64,000 nt of DNA from the human T2T-CHM13v2.0 reference genome, Homo sapiens, in the NCBI RefSeq assembly GCF_009914755.1, contig NC_060941.1; one strand, given 5' to 3'. This document shows positions 56,076 to 64,000 of this stretch, in pieces. The notes beneath the pieces are model-generated. The model had not been told where the DNA came from and made no database searches. It saw nothing but the letters and a program-made list of their open reading frames with translations. A program made the position numbers and the translations under genes. How positions within the stretch are numbered: position 1 is the stretch's first letter; every line of letters begins with the position of its first letter.

Positions 56076-56289
56076 AACTTAAGAAGGAATTAGCCTTTAG
56101 TCTTACCAATTATACTTGAAATTTGATGTCTAATTGTCCTATGTCCAGCTATTGAGTTGGAGGATGTGTGAACTAATGCCAACTATAGTTGGCAGCAGAA
56201 TCTAAAAGCAATAGAAATATGTCAGATCTGGCTCAAGCAAATGGTTTATTCTAGGCTGTGAGCAGAGCAGTAAAAGAACAGGAAGTTTA

Positions 56290-57578
56290 AACTTTATCAA
56301 GAGTAATGTGGAGTGACCTAAGTAGCTACAAGAGCCCATCCCCTTACAGAAACACTGAAAACAGACCCAAATTGTAAGAATCAACTTTGCCAGAATGCTG
56401 GAAAACAGTAAAAGGTTTAGAGTAAATAAGCGAATGCTGAATGAAGAAAAAGGCAACTTAAAAATGGCAGGAAAGCTCTGTGGTGTTTTTACATGCCATT
56501 TTCCCACCCCTGCCCCAGTGCAGTAGCAGTCTTGAAGACAGCAGCCTACATTCCCAGTGTGGAACCCTGGTCCCTGATTCTAGAGGAAGCAGCATAGACC
56601 TTATTCAGAAAGAATTATGTTTGGTATAATTAGTCTGGGAACTACCAGGAAGACTAGTTCATGGAATTTGGCTTTGTTTGGCCTAACCTAGAACTCACAC
56701 AGGTTGGAAGAGTAGAGGGCACTTTTCAAAAACGTGGTAACAATAACAAGCAGCCCATAGACAAGTGGAGCAAAAGCTTACAGTGAAACATACAATACAG
56801 TGTTCAAACCCTGGGATTAAAAATTGAGGAGAGAGTTTCTTTGGAAATTAAAACATTCAAAAGTGACCGTGTATCCCACAGAATTTAGAAAGCTACACAT
56901 ATACCCATGCCAGATGCATATTCAGAAAACAACAACAGTAACAACTACAAGTTTTTACCTCTGGCTGCTCTCAAGGCTCAGTGCAAGCAGACAGTGAAGG
57001 GGAAGGTGGAATTGTGAATGACAGGACTAAGAATTAAAGGAGTGCCCAGTACAGAGCCAATCTGCAAAGAGTAGGAGGGAGTTTTATCCTTATTTTTTCC
57101 CTTTTTTTCTCCCTTAGTTGCAATATCTATTCCTGGCATTCAAGGAAATCTCTGGCGAAACACTCGTTGAACAAAACATAAAGGAACACAAATTTCAGAG
57201 ACCACACATGACTAAGAAGACAAACTTTACAACATTAATTCAGAAAATTGCTTTAAAAACAAACAATATAAAGCACAAAACAAAAATCCTGAAGAGTGGG
57301 AAGATTCTGATTTCCAGTTAACACATTCTAATACTGAAAATGTTCAATTTTCCATGGAAAATTATGAAGCATGAAAAGAAATAAGAAAATATAGTCCATT
57401 CACAGAAGAAGTTAATAGAAACTTTCTTTGAGGAAGTATAAACATTGGATTTACTACACAAAGATTTAACTCAGCCATCTTAAATATGCTCAAGGAGCTA
57501 AAGGGACCCAGGAGAACAATGTATGAATAAATAGAGAATATCAACAAAGATATAGAAATTATAAAAAGAAACCAGAGT
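56290..57578 (+). mobile_element. Old L1M 5' region / ORF1 start
   Basis: L1M 5'-end-like sequence ending in ORF1-like aaatatgctcaaggagctaaag...aatatcaacaaagatatagaaattata. Confidence 0.65.
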
Positions 57579-59758
57579 CATTTTTTAAAAATATTTTCCT
57601 TTTATTATGTTCAGCTGACATGTAACAATTGTACATATTTATGGGGTAGAATGTGATATTTTGATACATGTATACAATGTGTAATGATCAAATCAGGGTA
57701 ATTAGCATATACATCCCCTCACACATTTATAATTTCTTTGTGTTGGGAACATTAAAAATTCACTCTTCTGTTTGAAAATAAATAATAAATTATGATTAAT
57801 TATACTTATCCTGCAGTGCTATGGAACACTAAAACTTATATCTCCTAACTAGCTATAATTTTACATCTGTTAACAAACTTCTTACTATCACCTCCACCCC
57901 GACTCAATACCTTTCCCAGCCCGTAGAAACCACTATTCTATTCTCTACTTCTATGAAATCATTGTTTTAGCTTCTACATATGAACATTCAGTATCCATCT
58001 TTCTGTGCCTGCTTATTTCACTTATCCTAATGTCCTCCAAGTTCATCTATGTTGCTATGAATGACAAGATTTTATTCTTCTTTCTGGCTGAATATTATTC
58101 CACTGTGTACGTATACCATATTTTCTTTATCTGTTCATCTGTTGATGGACATGTAAGCTTGTTCCATATCTCAGCTATTGTGAATAGTGTTTCAATAAAC
58201 ATAAGAGCATGTGTTTTTGATGTATTGATTACTTTTCCTTTGGATATATACTCAGTAGTGGAGTTGCTGGATCATGTGCCAATTCTATTTTTAGTTTTGT
58301 AAGGAAGCACCATAATGTTTTCCATAATGGCCACACTAATTTACGTTTCCACCAACAGTGTATAAGAGTTCCCTTTCCTCTGTATCCTTGACAGCATTTG
58401 TTATTGTCTTTTTGATAATAGCCATTTTAACTGGGGTGAGGTGATGTCTCATTGTCATTTTGATGTGCGCTTCCCTGATGATTAGTGATGTTGAGCATTT
58501 TTCATATACCTGTTTGCCACTTGTATGTCTTCTTTTGACAGATGTATATTTAGCTAATTTGCCTATTTTTACATTGAATTATTGGTGTTTTTGTTGTTGA
58601 GTTATTTGAGTTTCTTGTGTATTCTAGCTATTAATCCCTTATCAGATGAATAGCTTGCAAATATTTTCTCCCATTCTCTAGGTTGTCTTTTTACTGATCA
58701 TTTTCTTTGCTGTACGAAGCTTCTTACTTTGACCTAATCTCATTTGTCTATTTTTGCTTTTGTTGCCTGTGCTTTTGCAGTCTTCTCAATAAACCTTTGC
58801 CTAGACCAATGTTCTGAAGCATTTCCCTTATGTTTTCTTCTAGCAGTTTCACAGTTTGGGGTCTTACATTTAAGTCTAAAAGATCGTGAGTTGACTTTTC
58901 TATATGGTGAGAGACAGGGGTCTAGTTTCATTGTTCTCCATATCAATATTTAGTTTTTCCAGCATAATTTATTATGTATTCACTGACATAATGTATGTAT
59001 ACATATTGTATATTTTCGTATATTAAATCATTCTGCATCCCTGGGAGAAATTTGACTGATCATGGCGAATGAATGACCTTTTTAATGTACTGCTGAATTT
59101 GGTTTACTAGAATTTTGTTGAGGATTTTTGCATCTATTTTCATCAGGGATATTTGTGTATAGTTTTCTTGTGTGTATGTGTCTTTGTCCAGTTTTGGTAT
59201 CAGGGTAATGTTGGCTTCATAGAATACATTTGGAAGAATTTCCTCATCTTTAATTTTCTGGAGGACTTCAAGAAGACTTGGTATTAGTTGTTCTTTAAGT
59301 GTTTGGAAAAATTGAGCCATGATGCCATCAGATGTTGGGCTTCCTTTGACAGGAGACTTCTTATTATTGAATAAATTTCATTACTCATAATTCATCTATT
59401 GAAATTTTCTATTTCTTTTTGGTTCAATCTTGGTAGTTTGGATGTATCCAGGAATCTATTTATTTCCTCTTAAGTTTTCCAATTTGTTGGCATATAGTTG
59501 TTCATAATAGTCTCTTATGATCCTTCATATTTCTACGGTATCGGTCATAATGCCTTCTTTTTTATTTCTAATTTTCTTTGTTTGGGTCTTTTTTATCTTG
59601 TTTAGCTATTGGTTTCTCAATTTATCTTTTCAAAAAGCCAATTTTTATTTTTTATCTTTTGTATATTTCCTAGTCCTAATTTCATTTGTTTCTGCTCTGA
59701 TCTTTATATTTTTATCATTATTACTAATTTGAGGTTTACATTGTTTTTGCATTTCTAG

Positions 59759-60110
<352 letters not shown>

Positions 60111-61119
60111 GAAATATTTCTACTTTTTTGATATAGGTGTTTCTTGTTATAAACTTCCCTCTTAATACTATTTTTGCTGTACTCCATAGGTTTTTGTATG
60201 TTGTGTGTCTGTTTTCATTTGTTTCAATTTTTTATTAATATCTTTCTTCTTTATTGACCCATTGGTTATTCAGGAGCATGTTGTTTAATTTACATGTATT
60301 TGTACAGTTTTGAAAGTCCCTCTTATTATTGATTTCCAGTTTTAATCCATCAAGGTCAGAAAATATACTTAATATTATTTTAATTATTTTTAAGCTTGCT
60401 GAGTCTTATTTTATGGTTTAATGTACAGTCTATCCTGAAGAATGTTTCAAGGACTGATAAAAAGAATGTGCATTCTGCAGTTGTTGGATTAAATGTTTTA
60501 TAAACATAGGTTCATTTTGTCTAAAGTGCAGTTTAAGTCCAATGTTTCTTTTTTAATTCTCTGCCTAGATAATTTGTTCAATGTTGAGGGTTGGGTGTCA
60601 AAGTCCCCAAGTATTACTGTAGTGGAGTCTACCATTCCCTTTAGATCTAAACATTTGCTGTATATCTCTGGATGCTCCAGTGTTGGGTGCATACATATTT
60701 ACAATTGTTATATTGCTGAAGAGATCCCTTTATCATTATATAATGATCTTCTTTGCCTCCTTTTATAGTTTTTGACTTAAAGTCGTTTCATCTGTTGTAG
60801 ATATAACTACTCCACCTTGCTTTAGATTTCTACTTATGTGGAATGTCTTTTTCAATCTCTTCACTTTCAGTCTATGCATGCCTTTACAGGTAATTTCTTA
60901 TAAGCAACATGGTTGGGTATTGTGTTATGGGTTTTTTTTTTAATCCATTTAGCCAGTCTACATATTTTAATTAAGGAATTTAATTCATTTACACTTAAGG
61001 TTACTATTGAAAGAACTTAATCCTCTCATTTTGTTAATTGTTGTCTTATTGTTTTGTATATTTTTTCTTCCTTTCCCCTTCTCTTATTATCATTGTGGTC
61101 TGGTGGGTTTTTTTGTTTT

Positions 61120-61166
61120 CTTGTTTTGTTTTGTTTTGTTTTGTTTTGTTTTGTTTTGTTTTGTTT
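61120..61166. repeat. (GTTTT)n pentanucleotide microsatellite
   Basis: About 9 tandem units. Confidence 0.9.
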
Positions 61167-62237
61167 GTAGTTGTAAGGTCCGATTCCTTTCACTTTCTGC
61201 TTTACGTATATGCTTTACCAGTGAAGTTTGTTGTTGTTGTTTTACTTTTATGTGTTTTTATGATGGTGGTTATCTTCCTTTCCCTTCTAGATGTAGGGCT
61301 CCCTTGAATATTTCTTTTAATGCCAATTTAGTGATGATTAATTTCCTCAGCTTTTGCTTATGTGGGAAGAACTTTATTTCCCCTTCACTACTGAATTAAA
61401 TCTTTGCTAGATATGGTATTTTTGGCTGACAATATTTTTCCTTTCAGTACTTTGAATATATTATCCCATTCTCTCCTGTCCTATAAGGTTTCTGCTGAGA
61501 AATCTGCTGTTATTCTACTGAGGATTCCCTTATACGTGACTTCATGTTTTTCTCTTGCTGTTTTTAGAATCTTCTCTTTGTCTTTAACTTTTGGCAATTT
61601 GACTATAATGTGCCTCACAGAGGACCATTTTGTGCTGAATCTACTCAGGAACCTTTGAGTTTCCTGGATCCAGATGTCCATCTCTCTCTCCAGATTTGGA
61701 ATTTTTCAGCTGTCATGTTGTTAAATAGATTTTCTGTGCCATTTTTGTCTCTTCTCCTTCTGGAACTCACATAATGTAAAATTTTGTTTGCTTAATAGTG
61801 TTCCATAAATTATGTTAGCTTTCTTTACTCTCATTTTTATTTCTTGTTTTTTTTTTCCCTAATGGGGTAATTTCAAATGACCTATCTTCAAAGATTTCTT
61901 CCCTCTGCTGATATAGTCTGCTGTTGAAATTCTCTATCCTACTTTTTATCTTATTCATTGATTTTTTTTCACCTGTAGAATTACTGTTTGGTTTTTTTAT
62001 AATATCTATTTTTGTTAAATTTTTCATTCATATTGCAAATCATTTTCCTGATTTCATGGAATTGTCTATCTATATTCTGTTGTATATCAATGAACTTTCT
62101 TAAGATCATTATTTCAAACTCATTTTCTGGCAGTTCACTTATTTTCTTTTCTATAGGGTCTGTTACTAGAGAGTTATTGTATTCCTCTGCTGGTGTCATA
62201 CTTTTTTGCCTTTTTATGTTTCTTGCGTCCCTCTGTT

Positions 62238-62980
62238 TATTACTGGGAAGGAGGAAAATCTTTGGTCCATAGTCATCTTGGGAGAAAGATTTCAGCCAAA
62301 CAACCATTCTGATAGCAGATTTATTGAAAATATGGGGAGCAGAAAGCTTATTTAAAAGGACAGTATGCTCTGAAAGATGAGGCAGAGCAGGCTGCTGAAA
62401 GAGAATGGGCCAATGGCCCCCTGAGAGTTCTCTGTTGAGTTTTTACGATGTTGGATATTTTTCTTGAAGCTTCTGCTTCTGTCTCAAGTCTCTGCCTTTT
62501 TTCTCTTTTTTCTGTATCTAGTTTTTCCACTTTGGCCTTAAGTCCCCACATTTTCCCCACCTGGTTTCCACCCCAGGTTTATGAGATTATCCTCACTGTC
62601 AGTTGATGTGCATGTACAGACCCAGCGTGGGATACGAATTCTACCTAATGGCTGCATTGCTCATTACCACCAGCCCAAGAAGGTTGTATAGTGGTGAAAT
62701 CTATACTTACTGCACATGTGTATCTCTTAGGAATTTTTCTTTTGCCCTCTTTCCTCCTTATCAGCATGCACCTAGCAACATCGTGACATTTGAAATGCAG
62801 AGTGAATAATCATTAGGCATCTTAAGGGGCATTCCTTTCTGTATAGGTGTTTTGCCTCCTCTCTGCTCATATCTAGTATGCATGGTTTGGGTGATCTCTG
62901 GGGTGTGAAGTTTTCCAGACCTCTCTTTTCTCATGGACTCCCCACTCCTGCTTGTGTCTAGCTATCTGCCTGCTCTAACA
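62238..62980 (-). mobile_element. ERV1 solo LTR (MER50-like)
   Basis: Minus strand starts tgttagagcaggcagatagc; 4-bp TSD tgtt/cgtt; interrupts the L1. Confidence 0.8.
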
Positions 62981-64000
62981 CGTTAATGCCAGTGCATTTG
63001 GTGGGACAATTGCCTCTTCCAAACTTTACAGAGTGGCTTTTGAAGAAAAAGACCTTCAACTGCAGGTGGGTCTTAGTGTGTTGATTGGGAAGAATGTGAT
63101 GACTCTTGTTCCAAATAGATGTAGTGATATAGTCTTCATGCAGCTTCTTCAATTGTGATCAATGTCAGTGATAACTGTGAGTGTCTCAGTGACCTAGACT
63201 GTGGAAGTTTGTGGCAGTGGCAGCAGCAGCAGTGGTGGCAGTGGTGTAGTTGGTTAAGTTTCTCAGTGTCAAGAGCTTTTGAAGTTCTCTTATTTTTATT
63301 TTCCCCATAATGAAGAGACTTAGCAGAGGGAATCCCCCTTATTTTCAAATATGACACAACTTACAAGCATCTGCAGTGGCACTGGATTTCAGGTGCAAAA
63401 GCTCAGAGTGGCTGTGGAGCCAAGATCCTAGGTCCAGGGTCCAATGAAGCTTTGTAGCACCTGGATCGTGGGGTGCAGGTTAACTCTCTGTAGCAGGGTT
63501 GGATGTATAATGTCTGTGGATCTAGGATCTGTGACTCTGAGGCATCCCCTTTTTAGCAGCTTAGGACCAGAAGGCTGGGTTGTAGCTGTGATTCTGACCA
63601 TAGTGGGTAAGGCACAACATTGACCCAGATCTGGAGAAGGAGTGCTCTGGAGGTTTGGGCCTGCGGAGCAGGTTATGGCTGCAATTCAAGAGCCAGATCC
63701 AGTTTGGTTCAGAGGCAACTTGGGTCCCAAGACATGAGGCACTGTGTAGTGATGACTCTAGACCCTGGAATAGTAGGACTTGGCAATCCAGACTCTGTGA
63801 GACCAGGTGCAATAGCAGCAAGGACCCCAGAATGGCAGAGCACAGCTATTGTTTGGGTCCTGGGAGACAGGTAGCAGCACAGTAATTATTTCACTTCCCA
63901 GAGAGAAGTGTGTCTCAGCATCTTAGATACAGAGGGCTAATCCTGTCCAGGTAAGCAAGGAACTTACTTGTTTGGCATGCAGTGAAGGTGTCTCAGCTAT

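Noticed and set aside
61007-61399. Hydrophobic 130-aa ORF
   Set aside because: Artefact of the (GTTTT)n repeat and T-rich antisense L1.

Overview
Primate (human-like) AT-rich intergenic or deep-intronic DNA with no supportable intact protein-coding gene, RNA gene or CpG island. Most of the window is transposable-element debris, and most of the long ORF-track hits fall in Alu, L1 or Tigger sequence. The elements include a full-length L1PA8A-like LINE with TSDs (22763-29207, -), a near-full-length L1MA2-like LINE (45673-52445, +), other L1PA/L1MA/L1MB pieces, nine Alus, Tigger1, MER6, MER82, hAT MITEs and several MaLR/ERVL/ERV1 solo LTRs, often nested. Three things go beyond routine repeat annotation. 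(1) A ~1 kb non-repeat, stop-depleted fossil coding segment (39790-41515) split by two Alus, which may be an unrecognised retrocopy or endogenous viral element. (2) A cluster of locally templated insertions, snap-back hairpins and duplications (12432, 28889, 43244, 48288, 51274, 53356) that record template-switch DNA repair. (3) Candidate regulatory elements, including a 26-bp CCAAT-TGACA palindrome at 36604. Family and subfamily names come from recalled consensus sequences and need RepeatMasker/Dfam confirmation.
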